This document shows positions 9,256-18,855 of a DNA stretch of 64,000 nucleotides, piece after piece. The translations under genes were made by a program, and so were the position numbers. Under the pieces are notes generated by a model. It did not search any database. It saw only the letters and a program-made list of their open reading frames with translations, and was not told the origin of the DNA. This DNA is from Patescibacteria group bacterium (GTDB lineage Bacteria > Patescibacteriota > JABMPQ01 > JAQVVF01). Location: assembly GCA_041662665.1 (NCBI GenBank), contig JBAZSC010000004.1, positions 10,464 to 74,463 of the forward strand, given 5' to 3'. The stretch's first letter is position 1; each line of letters starts with the position of its first letter.

Positions 9256-10782
9256 ATGAAAATAAAAACAACAATTTTAATTTTGTTATGTTTTCTTTTT
9301 ACTCCTTTTTTAACATTAGCGGAAGGCTCATCTGCCATATCCTACAGTTTTACTTGGCCATTAGATAAATGGATCTTTGACATGGAAGGTCAAAAATTTG
9401 GCACTATCAGAGGATCTGGGATTTATCATCTTGGCGATGATATTGGAATACAAGCAAACTCACCAGTTTATGCAATTGCCACAGGAGTTGTAAAAAATAT
9501 TGGCGTTTATACTGATTTCGGCACTGTTATTTTAATTGAACACACATTAGCAAATCAAGAAAAAATTGTTTCATTATATGGTCATCTTGGACGAGACACT
9601 CAAGTTGAAAAAGGACAATTTGTTAATAAAAATCAAATTATTGGTTATATCGGTACTACAGATGTTAATGGAGGCTGGCCAGAACATCTTCATTTCGGAA
9701 TCAGAAAAGGCGCCTATGTTACAAATTGGGTCTATTGGGGCTTAGGGTCAAAGGACAAATTAAATGATTGGCATAATCCAACTGATTTTTTATGGTACAA
9801 AATTAATAATCCAGATGTTAATTCTGGAAAAATTGTAACCTCCCCAAATTATCCTGGACGATCACACATTAGAATTTTTGACGAACAAGGTCTTGCCATT
9901 CCAACTTTTGATTTCTTCGCTTACCCTCCAAAGAACAAACAAGGATCTCAAATTTCTCTTGGCGATATCAATAATGATCAAAAACAAGAATTAATAATTA
10001 GCTCAAATAGTTATAAACCACAAATAAAAATTTTTAACAAAAATTCACAAGACTTTATTGCCAAATTCAAACCATTCTCCAAAAAATATAATGGCCAAAT
10101 TAATCTTGCAACGACAGATTTAAATTTAGACGGTCAAGATGAAATTATTGCCACATCTAGTTCAAATCAATATCCAAAAATAAAAATATTTTCTTTATCC
10201 GCCGAAGTCCCGCAGGACGAAGGCGGACTATACAAAACAACAAACACTTTTATAGAATTAACAAAAATTCCAAGTCCATTTAGCCATAAAATAAAATGCG
10301 GAATTAATTTAACAACTATTGATCTAAATAATGATGGCAAGAAAGAGATTCTCGCTACACCAGCCAATAATAAAAAATCAGTTTTAAAATATTGGGACGG
10401 CACAACTTGGCAAATTTTAAAATCCAGGATTTTCAAAAAAACTACCGCAAAATTAACAACTGGCGATATTGATGCAGATGGCAATGAAGAAATAATTGCT
10501 GGCTCACAATCAAATACAAGATCAGTCATCAAAATTATTAATAAAAATGGACACATCAGAAAGAAAAAAATTAAACCATTTGCCAGATATAATCAAGACG
10601 GAATAAATATTTCAACAGTTGATTACAATAATGATGGCATTACTGAAATAATTACTTCAATTGCCAAAAATGGCTCGCCTAGAATTAAAGTTTTTCAATA
10701 TCCTCAAAATATTGCCATTGCCAATTTTTTAGCCTATAATGAAAATTTCACTGGTGGTGTAAATATAGTGGGAATAAAATAA
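9256..10782 (+). CDS. Secreted M23 family peptidase with C-terminal FG-GAP/VCBS-like repeats
   Basis: Signal peptide, HLGDD (HxxxD), YGHL and HLHF, followed by repeated GDINND/DLNLDG/DIDADG motifs. Confidence 0.88.
   Translation: MKIKTTILILLCFLFTPFLTLAEGSSAISYSFTWPLDKWIFDMEGQKFGTIRGSGIYHLGDDIGIQANSPVYAIATGVVKNIGVYTDFGTVILIEHTLANQEKIVSLYGHLGRDTQVEKGQFVNKNQIIGYIGTTDVNGGWPEHLHFGIRKGAYVTNWVYWGLGSKDKLNDWHNPTDFLWYKINNPDVNSGKIVTSPNYPGRSHIRIFDEQGLAIPTFDFFAYPPKNKQGSQISLGDINNDQKQELIISSNSYKPQIKIFNKNSQDFIAKFKPFSKKYNGQINLATTDLNLDGQDEIIATSSSNQYPKIKIFSLSAEVPQDEGGLYKTTNTFIELTKIPSPFSHKIKCGINLTTIDLNNDGKKEILATPANNKKSVLKYWDGTTWQILKSRIFKKTTAKLTTGDIDADGNEEIIAGSQSNTRSVIKIINKNGHIRKKKIKPFARYNQDGINISTVDYNNDGITEIITSIAKNGSPRIKVFQYPQNIAIANFLAYNENFTGGVNIVGIK
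10198..10227 (+). repeat. 30-bp GAA/GAA bulged palindrome, in-frame in the M23 gene
   Basis: TCCGCC-GAA-GTCC-CGCA-GGAC-GAA-GGCGGA, encoding SAEVPQDEGG. Confidence 0.9.
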
Positions 10783-10792
10783 CTGCACTAAA

Positions 10793-10893
10793 ATTACAAA
10801 TCCCAAATTCCAAACAAATTACAAACCACAAATTACAAATCGCTTTTTTGTGATTTGAAATTTGGGATTTGTTTGGAATTTGGAATTTGTTAT
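10793..10893. repeat. Inverted heptamer-repeat hairpin (AAATTCC/CAAATTA type)
   Basis: Arms ACAAATCCCAAATTCCAAACAAAT... and ...ATTTGTTTGGAATTTGGAATTTGT; same family as 20343-20448, 48147-48251 and 55303-55414. Confidence 0.8.
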
Positions 10894-10904
10894 TTAAGAC
10901 ACGT

Positions 10905-11978
10905 ATGTTAATTTTAGGTATCGACACATCCTGCGACGACACATCAGCCGCCATAGTCAAAGACGGCTCTTTTGTTTTATCAAATATTGTTTCTTCTCAA
11001 ACAGAAATCCATAGACAATTCGGCGGAGTTGTTCCAGAAGTTGCAGCAAGATCTCACATTGAATTAATCATTCCTGTTATTAAACAAGCTTTGCAAGAAG
11101 CAAATATAAAAAAAGAAGAATTAGATTTAATTGCCGTCACCAATGGTCCAGGTCTAATTACATCTTTAATGGTCGGCATTGATACTGCCAAGTCATTAGC
11201 CTATTCTTTAAATAAAAAAATCATCGCTATCAATCACATCGAAGGCCATATTTACTCCAACTGGCTCGTTCAAAAAAATAATTTCCGAATTTCCGAATTT
11301 CCCCTGTCCGCCGAAGCCAAACAAAGTGAGGCGAAGGCGGAGAATTTCCAATTTCCAATATTATGTTTAATAGTTAGTGGTGGTCACACTGAATTAATTT
11401 ACATGAAAGATCATCTAAATTACAACGTCATCGGCCAAACCAGAGACGATGCTGCTGGCGAAGCCTTTGATAAAGTCGCTAAATTATTAGATATCGGCTA
11501 TCCAGGCGGACCAATTATTTCCAAATTAGCAGAATCTGGAGATGATCAAGCTTACAATTTTTCTCGGCCAATGATTAATTCTAAAGATTTTGATTTTAGT
11601 TTTTCTGGATTAAAAACAGAAGTCTTAAGATTAACAAAAGAAAATAATATTTTTTCAAAACAACAAATTAACGATATTTGCGCTTCCTTCCAAAAAGCAG
11701 TTGTTGATACTTTAATTTTTAAGACAATAAATGCCGCCAAAAAATATAATGTCAAAACAATTATGTTGGGTGGCGGAGTTTCTGCAAACAAATCTTTACG
11801 AAAAAACCTTGAACAAAAAATCCAACAAGAGATCCCAGACTCTCACTTCTCAATTCTCAATTCCCAATTCTCAAGCGATAATGGAGCGATGATCGCTAGC
11901 ACAGCCTATCAATACGCTAAAAATAACAAGTTTAGCGATTTCTCAAAAATCATTCCAGAAGCAAATCTTTCGCTATAA
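10905..11978 (+). CDS. tsaD: tRNA N6-threonylcarbamoyladenosine transferase TsaD
   Basis: MLILGIDTSCDDT, GGVVPEVAARSH, NHIEGH, SGGHT, DDAAGEAFDK and DNGAMIA. Start moved to ATG 10905. Confidence 0.97.
   Translation: MLILGIDTSCDDTSAAIVKDGSFVLSNIVSSQTEIHRQFGGVVPEVAARSHIELIIPVIKQALQEANIKKEELDLIAVTNGPGLITSLMVGIDTAKSLAYSLNKKIIAINHIEGHIYSNWLVQKNNFRISEFPLSAEAKQSEAKAENFQFPILCLIVSGGHTELIYMKDHLNYNVIGQTRDDAAGEAFDKVAKLLDIGYPGGPIISKLAESGDDQAYNFSRPMINSKDFDFSFSGLKTEVLRLTKENNIFSKQQINDICASFQKAVVDTLIFKTINAAKKYNVKTIMLGGGVSANKSLRKNLEQKIQQEIPDSHFSILNSQFSSDNGAMIASTAYQYAKNNKFSDFSKIIPEANLSL
11307..11341 (+). repeat. GAA/GAA bulged palindrome inside tsaD
   Basis: TCCGCCGAAGCC...GGCGAAGGCGGA, embedded in AATTTCC(G) repeats. 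Confidence 0.85.
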
Positions 11979-12024
11979 ATCTTAAACTGCCAAAATATGA
12001 CAGTTTTTTTACAAAAAAAATCAG

Positions 12025-12402
12025 CTAACATCGTAGCTGAGAATCACAAAGTACATCATCATCAACAACATAATTTTCCAAATCAAATCTCAATTCACCA
12101 GATCTAAAAAGCATCAACACAAAATTAACAATTGCATTATTATGACAATTGTCCGTCAAAAAAATCCGCCGATAACTACCATCAGAATCATAATAGAAAT
12201 AGATATCTGGACTGAAATCACTAATTTCTGCAAGTGTTACTTCCTTTAGATCATCTCTTTGCACATAGCCACCTAGACAATGCTCATCATTAAAAGAATA
12301 TTTTTTCATCTCCACAACAAAATACCTTATTTTTGCAACACTATGATCATATCTTGAAATTGGCTTGATGATCAAAGCTCTTAGACTTTGTTCGATCAAC
12401 AT
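12025..12402 (-). CDS. Orphan hypothetical protein
   Basis: GAGGAGG precedes ATG 12402 (MLIEQSL). Promoter TTGACA-17-TAAAAT at 12501-12473 and a hairpin terminator at about 11984-12010. Confidence 0.65.
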   Translation of the reverse strand: MLIEQSLRALIIKPISRYDHSVAKIRYFVVEMKKYSFNDEHCLGGYVQRDDLKEVTLAEISDFSPDIYFYYDSDGSYRRIFLTDNCHNNAIVNFVLMLFRSGELRFDLENYVVDDDVLCDSQLRC

Positions 12403-12472
12403 TGCCGGTTCCTCCTCTTGTAAAAGGGCATCTTTTCTGATAGAATTAATCTCGAAATCGGTAAAACAATTT

Positions 12473-12501
12473 ATTTTAGTACTAAATTCATAAAATGTCA
12501 A
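12473..12501 (-). promoter_or_regulatory. Sigma70-type promoter of the orphan gene, overlapping the valS start codon
   Basis: Minus strand TTGACA ttttatgaatttagtac TAAAAT (17-nt spacer). Confidence 0.65.
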
Positions 12502-15044
12502 GTCTTTCCAAAAAATATAATATTTTAGAACAAGAACAAAAATGGCAGAATTTTTGGGATCAAAACAATATTTATAAGTTCAATTCTAGCTCAAAAAAGC
12601 CAATTTTCTCAGTTGACACTCCTCCGCCTTATGCTTCAGCAGCTCATCTTCATGTCGGCCATGCCATGTCTTATACTCAAGCCGAATTTATCATCCGTTT
12701 CAAAAGAATGCAAGGTTTTAATGTTTTTTATCCCATGGGTTTTGATGACAATGGCTTACCAACTGAAAGATATGTTGAACAAAAATACAAAATTGCTGAT
12801 AAATCAAAAATTTCTCGCGAAGAATTTATTCAATTATGTTTAAAAGAAACCAAAGAAGTTGCCAAAACTTATACTTCTCTTTGGAAATCTTTAGGCCTTT
12901 CAATTGACTGGTCTTTATTATACTCAACAATCAGCGAATCATCTCGTCGTATTTCTCAAAAATCATTTTTAGATTTATACAAAAAAGGCTTATTAGAACA
13001 TCGCGAAGAGCCAACAATTTGGTGTCCGCACGACCAAACAGCATTAGCTCAAGCAGATCTTGAAGATGCCGAAGAAAAATCTACACTAAACTATATATCG
13101 TTCGAACTTAAACACTCAAACACTGAAACACCGGAACACTCTGACGATCCGACGCTCCGACGTTCTGACGCTCTCATTATCGCCACTTCCAGACCAGAAT
13201 TATTACCTGCATGTGTAGCTCTCTATGTCAATCCAGACGATGTCCGTTACAAAAACTTAATAAACAAAACTGCCATTGTTCCATTGTTTAATTATGAAAT
13301 CAAAATAAAATCCGACCCCACTGTTGATCCAAAATTTGGGACTGGCTTAATGATGGTTTGTACTTGGGGCGACTCCGAAGATGTTGCCAAATGGAAAAAA
13401 GACAAACTAGACACTAGATTAATTTTTGATAAATCTGGCCATCTTAATGAATGGGCAAAAACTTATCAAGGCTTAGATATAAAAACAGCTCGCACAAAAA
13501 TTTTAGAAGATTTACAAAAACAAAATCTTTTAGTCAAACAAGAAGATATTACTCATGTTTTAAATGTTCATGAACGTTGTAAAACTCCTGTTGAATTTTA
13601 TTTAACTAAACAATGGTTCATTAAAATTTTAGACAATTTAGAGGATTTTAAAAAACAAGGAAACAAAATAAATTGGTTTCCGCTCTTCATGAAAAAGAAA
13701 TATGACACCTGGCTAGATGGCTTAAAATGGGATTGGAATATTTCAAGAGAGCGCTATTATGGCGTCCCATTTCCAGTTTGGTATTGCAAAAAATGTCATG
13801 AAATAATTTTACCTGACGAAAAAGATTTGCCAATTGATCCATTACAAGATCAACCAAAACATCCTTGCCCAAAATGCCAATCGGAAGAATTTGTTCCAGA
13901 AAAAGATGTAATGGACACATGGATGACATCATCATTGACTCCACAAATTAATTCTCATTGGCAAGAACAAGATGAAAACAAAAAACTTTATCCAATGTCT
14001 TTACGGATTCAAGCTTTTGAAATTATCAGAACTTGGCTTTTTTATACAGTTGTAAAATCTTGGTACCATGAAAAAAAATTACCATGGCAGGATGTTATGA
14101 TTTCAGGCCATGGCTTGGATGAACAAGGCCGAAAGATTTCTAAATCATTAGGCAATTATGAACCAGTTGCTAATATAATTAAACGCTATGGTTCTGATGC
14201 TCTGCGTTATTGGTCAGCTGGATCAAATTTAGGAAATAATTTGAGATATAAAGAAGAAGAAGTCAAAGATGGCAAAAAATTAATCACCAAATTATTCAAC
14301 GCTTCAAAATTTAGCTTAATGTTTTTGCAATCCGTCAATCCGTCCGACTTTAAGAACTTTATGAACTTTAAAAACTTTCAACTTCAACCTCTTGATCAAT
14401 GGATATTAAGTAAACTTCAAACAACAATTAAAAACGTTACTGAACATTTTAACACGTACGAGTATTCAAAAGCCAAAAAAGAAGTTTACAACTTTTTCTG
14501 GAAAAATTTTGCTGATAATTATATTGAGCTTGCAAAATCAAGACTTTACAATGATGAAAACAAAGTAGCTAAAACATCAGCTCAAGCAACATTATATATT
14601 TGTTTAATAAATATTTTAAAAATGTTCGCGCCAATCTTGCCTCACATCACTGAAGAGATTTGGCAAGCGTTGCGAGAATTAAACAACGAAACAAAAAAAC
14701 AAGAAAACAGTCCAACTATCGAACAATCAATTCATATTAGTGCTTGGCCAAAAGTTGATAAAAAATTAGTTAACGAAAAGCAAGAAAAACTTGGTGATCA
14801 GATTGTCGAAATTTTAGCCGAAGTCCGAAAAACAAAATCGAATACTAATCTTGCAATGAATAAAGAAATCAAAGAAATAATTATTGATTCTAAAGAAAAA
14901 GATTTAGAAAAATTCTTTCCAGATCTAGCCAATGCCACACATGCCGAACAAATTTCATTTGGCACTGGCGATCTTCACCCTACGAGTGACCACCCGAAGG
15001 GTGGGAAAATTTCTGAAAATCTTAAAATAAAAATTGTTTTGTAG
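12495..15044 (+). CDS. valS: Valine--tRNA ligase (archaeal-like short type)
   Basis: DTPPP, HVGH (HIGH motif), GFDDNGLPTER, WDWNISR and KISKS (KMSKS motif); lacks the long C-terminal coiled coil. Confidence 0.95.
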   Translation: MSSLSKKYNILEQEQKWQNFWDQNNIYKFNSSSKKPIFSVDTPPPYASAAHLHVGHAMSYTQAEFIIRFKRMQGFNVFYPMGFDDNGLPTERYVEQKYKIADKSKISREEFIQLCLKETKEVAKTYTSLWKSLGLSIDWSLLYSTISESSRRISQKSFLDLYKKGLLEHREEPTIWCPHDQTALAQADLEDAEEKSTLNYISFELKHSNTETPEHSDDPTLRRSDALIIATSRPELLPACVALYVNPDDVRYKNLINKTAIVPLFNYEIKIKSDPTVDPKFGTGLMMVCTWGDSEDVAKWKKDKLDTRLIFDKSGHLNEWAKTYQGLDIKTARTKILEDLQKQNLLVKQEDITHVLNVHERCKTPVEFYLTKQWFIKILDNLEDFKKQGNKINWFPLFMKKKYDTWLDGLKWDWNISRERYYGVPFPVWYCKKCHEIILPDEKDLPIDPLQDQPKHPCPKCQSEEFVPEKDVMDTWMTSSLTPQINSHWQEQDENKKLYPMSLRIQAFEIIRTWLFYTVVKSWYHEKKLPWQDVMISGHGLDEQGRKISKSLGNYEPVANIIKRYGSDALRYWSAGSNLGNNLRYKEEEVKDGKKLITKLFNASKFSLMFLQSVNPSDFKNFMNFKNFQLQPLDQWILSKLQTTIKNVTEHFNTYEYSKAKKEVYNFFWKNFADNYIELAKSRLYNDENKVAKTSAQATLYICLINILKMFAPILPHITEEIWQALRELNNETKKQENSPTIEQSIHISAWPKVDKKLVNEKQEKLGDQIVEILAEVRKTKSNTNLAMNKEIKEIIIDSKEKDLEKFFPDLANATHAEQISFGTGDLHPTSDHPKGGKISENLKIKIVL

Positions 15045-15046
15045 AA

Positions 15047-15150
15047 ATTCTACCTGGCTTTAGCCAAGGGTTGTAGGACTTTAGTCCTAGTTCGTCATAA
15101 ATAATACGAGAACTAAAGTTCTCCTAACCCCAGCTAAAGCTGGGTAGAAT
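15047..15150. repeat. Composite REP-like element with four CTTTAG/CTAAAG mini-palindromes and ATTCTACC...GGTAGAAT ends
   Basis: TGGCTTTAGCCA, AGGACTTTAGTCCT, AGAACTAAAGTTCT and CCCAGCTAAAGCTGGG arranged as nested inverted pairs. Confidence 0.85.
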
Positions 15151-15159
15151 CACCAAAAT

Positions 15160-15184
15160 AAAAGACCGTTTTCACGGTCTTTTT
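15160..15184. terminator. Bidirectional intrinsic terminator
   Basis: AAAAGACCGTTTTCACGGTCTTTTT between convergent genes. Confidence 0.75.
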
Positions 15185-15203
15185 AAATTAACAATTTTTA
15201 TTT

Positions 15204-15452
15204 CTAAAGAAGATCCTTGCCAACATCCTCATTATCTACATTATCGCTTTTTAGACCCTTTTTAGACCACTTTTCTATTACTGCAATAAGATCCCCTTTT
15301 AACTCATTTAGCTCTTCATCACTCATTTTTTCCAAAACATCACTACTCAACGTATCAATGTACTGACAAGCAGTATTCAATTGTGCTTCAATTCTTTCTC
15401 TTTTAGTTTGCATTTCTCCTTCTAACGAACCTTCGACTTGTTCTATTGGCAT
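15204..15452 (-). CDS. Small acidic hypothetical protein
   Basis: 82-aa ORF directly downstream of the pilB-like gene, followed by a terminator. Confidence 0.6.
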   Translation of the reverse strand: MPIEQVEGSLEGEMQTKRERIEAQLNTACQYIDTLSSDVLEKMSDEELNELKGDLIAVIEKWSKKGLKSDNVDNEDVGKDLL

Positions 15453-15482
15453 ATTATTTTTATATTAATTAATTAATAAAAT

Positions 15483-17135
15483 CTACACTACTCTTCCCAC
15501 TTCCTCAACCGTTGTAATTCCATCAACAGCTTTTAACAAACCATCCTGCTCCATAGTCATCATTCCTTGAGCAATTGCTGCCTTTTGAATTTCGATATTT
15601 GAAACTCGATATCCAATCGCCTCTTCAATTTTATTATCAACTTCAAACATTTCATAAATTCCAGTTCTACCTTTATAACCAATATTATCGCAAACTTTGC
15701 AACCTTTTGCTTTATATAATTTTTTAATTCCTGTTTTTGGATAAAATTTGCCTAATTTTTCTTTCAATTCTTTTTCTTCATCTGCATCTGGATTATATTC
15801 TTGTTTGCATTTATCGCAAATTCTTCTAACTAATCTTTGCGCAATCACTAATCTCAAAGCCGGCGCTAATTCTTCTGGGCGCAACCCCATACTAATTAGA
15901 CGTGGAATTGCACCTGCTGCATCATTAGTATGCAAAGTTGATAATACTAAATGACCAGTCAAAGAAGCTTGAACTGCAATTTCAGCTGTATCTTTATCCC
16001 TAATTTCACCAACCATTACTACATCTGGATCTTGTCGCAGTACTGATTTTAGGGCATTTGAAAAATCCAGTCCTTTTTTTGGATCAATTTCTGTTTGTGA
16101 AATTCCTTTTATTTTATATTCAATTGGATTTTCTAATGTAATAATATTTTTCGCTGGATCATTAACTTCAGTGATGCAAGCATACAAAGTTGTTGATTTT
16201 CCAGAACCAGTTGGACCAGTTGTTAATAGCAAACCAGATGTTTTTTTAATTGCTTTACTAACAAGATCATGTTCTCTTTTTCTCATTCCCAAATCTTCAA
16301 GTTTTAATCCAACAGTACCAGTTCCAAGAAGTCTCATAACTAATGTTTCGCCATAAGCTGTTGGCAATGTTGACACTCTCAAATCAATTTCCTTATTTTC
16401 CATATCAATCGAAAACCTACCATCTTGCGGTTGATCAATCACATTAATTTTTAATTTTGAAACCAGCTTTACTCTCGATAAAATTTTTAATGCCACTTCA
16501 TTTGGCAATTCCATAATATCTTGCAATACTCCGTCAATTCTATATCGTAATTTTGCCTTTTCTTTTTCTGGTTCAATATGAACATCAGAAGCATCAACGC
16601 TCAATGCGCCAGCCAAAATATAGTCAATCATTTCAGTTACTTTAACTTTTTTGATCGTCTCTTTCAAATCAGTTAAATTTTGAATCTGTTCTTTTGCGCT
16701 TAATATTTCTTCTTTGCCAACTTTTATTTCATCCTTTTGCGGAATAACAATTTTAACTTTTTTGTATATTTCTAATGCGCTTTCCAAACCTTCCAAAGAA
16801 ATTACATAAAATTGATATTTATAGCCCATCTTTGATAATTTTTCTATAACTAAATTTAAACTTGGATTATTTTTATCCACAATTCCAATTCTAACTTCAG
16901 AGTCTTTAATCAAAAAACAAACAGCTTGCGCTTTTCTTGCTAAATCTTCAGGAATCAAAGTTATTGCTTCCTTATCAAGAGGAAAAATCCTCAGATCAAT
17001 ATAAGGCAGATTAACTGTCAAAGAATAAGCCATCGCTTTCTTTTCTTTTATCTTTTTTTCGGAAGCTGTTAGTTTCTCTTTTAATTTTCTTTCACGTTCC
17101 TGCTCTAAAATTTTATCAGCATCAGTTTTTGCCAT
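15483..17135 (-). CDS. GspE/PilB family type IV pilus assembly ATPase
   Basis: ASDVHIEP, PQDGRF, Walker A GPTGSGKST, LRQDPDVVMVGEIRD, GHLVLSTLHTN and two CxxC pairs. Confidence 0.93.
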   Translation of the reverse strand: MAKTDADKILEQERERKLKEKLTASEKKIKEKKAMAYSLTVNLPYIDLRIFPLDKEAITLIPEDLARKAQAVCFLIKDSEVRIGIVDKNNPSLNLVIEKLSKMGYKYQFYVISLEGLESALEIYKKVKIVIPQKDEIKVGKEEILSAKEQIQNLTDLKETIKKVKVTEMIDYILAGALSVDASDVHIEPEKEKAKLRYRIDGVLQDIMELPNEVALKILSRVKLVSKLKINVIDQPQDGRFSIDMENKEIDLRVSTLPTAYGETLVMRLLGTGTVGLKLEDLGMRKREHDLVSKAIKKTSGLLLTTGPTGSGKSTTLYACITEVNDPAKNIITLENPIEYKIKGISQTEIDPKKGLDFSNALKSVLRQDPDVVMVGEIRDKDTAEIAVQASLTGHLVLSTLHTNDAAGAIPRLISMGLRPEELAPALRLVIAQRLVRRICDKCKQEYNPDADEEKELKEKLGKFYPKTGIKKLYKAKGCKVCDNIGYKGRTGIYEMFEVDNKIEEAIGYRVSNIEIQKAAIAQGMMTMEQDGLLKAVDGITTVEEVGRVV

Positions 17136-17280
17136 ATGTTTTAAAAATATAAAAATATAAAAAAAATATTCTCACTTCAAGAATAGCAAATTTTAAATAT
17201 TTATACCAGATTCAAAAGTATTCAAAAAAATATCAATCAAAAAACAAAAAAAGGGCAATTACCCTTTTTTTCAAAAAATA

Positions 17281-18585
17281 TTATTTCTTAATCTTTTTTG
17301 TTATTCTCTCAACTGCCAAAGCATCAGCGCCCATTCTCAAGTCAACTTTATATTTTTCCGCCATTTTCCAAACATCAGCAAAAGATTTTTTAATTATCTT
17401 ATTTAATTTTCCGTTCACTTCGTCTAACTTCCAATACTTTCCATCCATATTTTGCAACCATTCAAAATATGAAACAGTCACACCACCTGCATTTGCCAAG
17501 ATATCTGGAATCACCACTTTTTTCTTTTTAAACAAAATTTTATCAGCATCAGGAGTTGTTGGACCATTTGCCATTTCTAAAATTATATTTGCTTTAATTT
17601 TATCAGCATTATCGGATGTTACTTGATTTTCAATTGCTGCTGGCACTAAAACATCAACATCTAATTCCAATAATTCAGCATTTGTAATCTTTTTTGTATC
17701 AGCCAATCCACTAACACTTCCAGTTTTCTTTTTCTGATTCATTATTTTTTCCAAATCAATTCCTTCTTTTTTAAATACACCGCTTCTAGAATCAGAAACA
17801 GCAACAATTGTAAATCTATTATCAGCAGATAAAATCTTGGCAATATAGTAGCCCACATTTCCCACGCCCTGTACCGCAACAGTCAGTTTTGTTTTAGTGT
17901 TTAAGTGTTTCGGTGTTTTTTTCAACGCTTCACATAGCGTAAAATATCCGCCCAAAGCAGTTGCTTCTGTTCTTCCCAAAGATCCGCCTTTTTTAATTGG
18001 TTTGCCAGTAAAAGTTCCCAACCATTCATTATCTTTAATTTTAAAATTTTTGCGTTTTTGTCCGCTTTTGTGCTTTTGTGGTTGCAGTTTTTTTATTGTC
18101 AATTTCTTAAACTCATCTGACATCCAAGCCATAATTTCCGGAGTTGTATTAACATCAGGTGCTGGAATATCTTTGTTTGGCCCAATACAATCAAAAATTG
18201 CTCGCACATATCCTCTTGATAGATTCTCCAATTCTTTTTTAGATAATTTTTTTGGATCAACAATTACTCCACCTTTTCCACCACCCAAAGGAATATTTGC
18301 AACTGCACATTTCATTGCCATCCAAAAAGACAATGCTTTTACCTCATAATCAGAAACTTCTTGATGGAATCTTATTCCGCCTTTGTACGGCCCTCTTGCA
18401 GAATTATATTGCATTCTAAATCCTTGAAACATTTTAATTTTTCCGTCAGCCATTTTAACTGGAAAATTAACATTAATTTCTCGTTCTGGTTTTGATAAAA
18501 TTTCTAAATAAGTTTTATCTAGTTTTATCAATTCAGCTACTCGTCCAAGCTGAGTTAGAGCATTCTCGAATACATTTTCTGGCAT
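17281..18585 (-). CDS. gdhA: Glu/Leu/Phe/Val dehydrogenase (glutamate dehydrogenase)
   Basis: GPYKGGIRF, GGGKGG, DIPAPDVNT, ANGPTT and ANAGGVTVSYFEW. Confidence 0.92.
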   Translation of the reverse strand: MPENVFENALTQLGRVAELIKLDKTYLEILSKPEREINVNFPVKMADGKIKMFQGFRMQYNSARGPYKGGIRFHQEVSDYEVKALSFWMAMKCAVANIPLGGGKGGVIVDPKKLSKKELENLSRGYVRAIFDCIGPNKDIPAPDVNTTPEIMAWMSDEFKKLTIKKLQPQKHKSGQKRKNFKIKDNEWLGTFTGKPIKKGGSLGRTEATALGGYFTLCEALKKTPKHLNTKTKLTVAVQGVGNVGYYIAKILSADNRFTIVAVSDSRSGVFKKEGIDLEKIMNQKKKTGSVSGLADTKKITNAELLELDVDVLVPAAIENQVTSDNADKIKANIILEMANGPTTPDADKILFKKKKVVIPDILANAGGVTVSYFEWLQNMDGKYWKLDEVNGKLNKIIKKSFADVWKMAEKYKVDLRMGADALAVERITKKIKK

Positions 18586-18652
18586 AATTTTATTTTAGTT
18601 TATTAGTTGATTAGTTTATTAGCAATTAGTTAACAATTAACAATGAAACAAT

Positions 18653-18847
18653 TTACTTCTTGTTGATCTCATCGATTATTTCTTTTATTTTTTTATCGTC
18701 TAAACCATGAGCCATACAACCTTGTTCAATTGTTTCACCATGCGCCATCAAGCAACCAACGCAAGGCAAACCATGCTTAACCAAAACATCAACAGTTTCT
18801 GGTTTTTCCTCAACTGCTTTACTAATTAAAGTATCTTTTGTGATCAT
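18653..18847 (-). CDS. DUF1858 / hybrid-cluster-associated redox domain protein
   Basis: MITKDTLI...HGLPCVGC...ETIEQGCMAHG. Confidence 0.8.
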   Translation of the reverse strand: MITKDTLISKAVEEKPETVDVLVKHGLPCVGCLMAHGETIEQGCMAHGLDDKKIKEIIDEINKK

Positions 18848-18855
18848 AAAATAAA

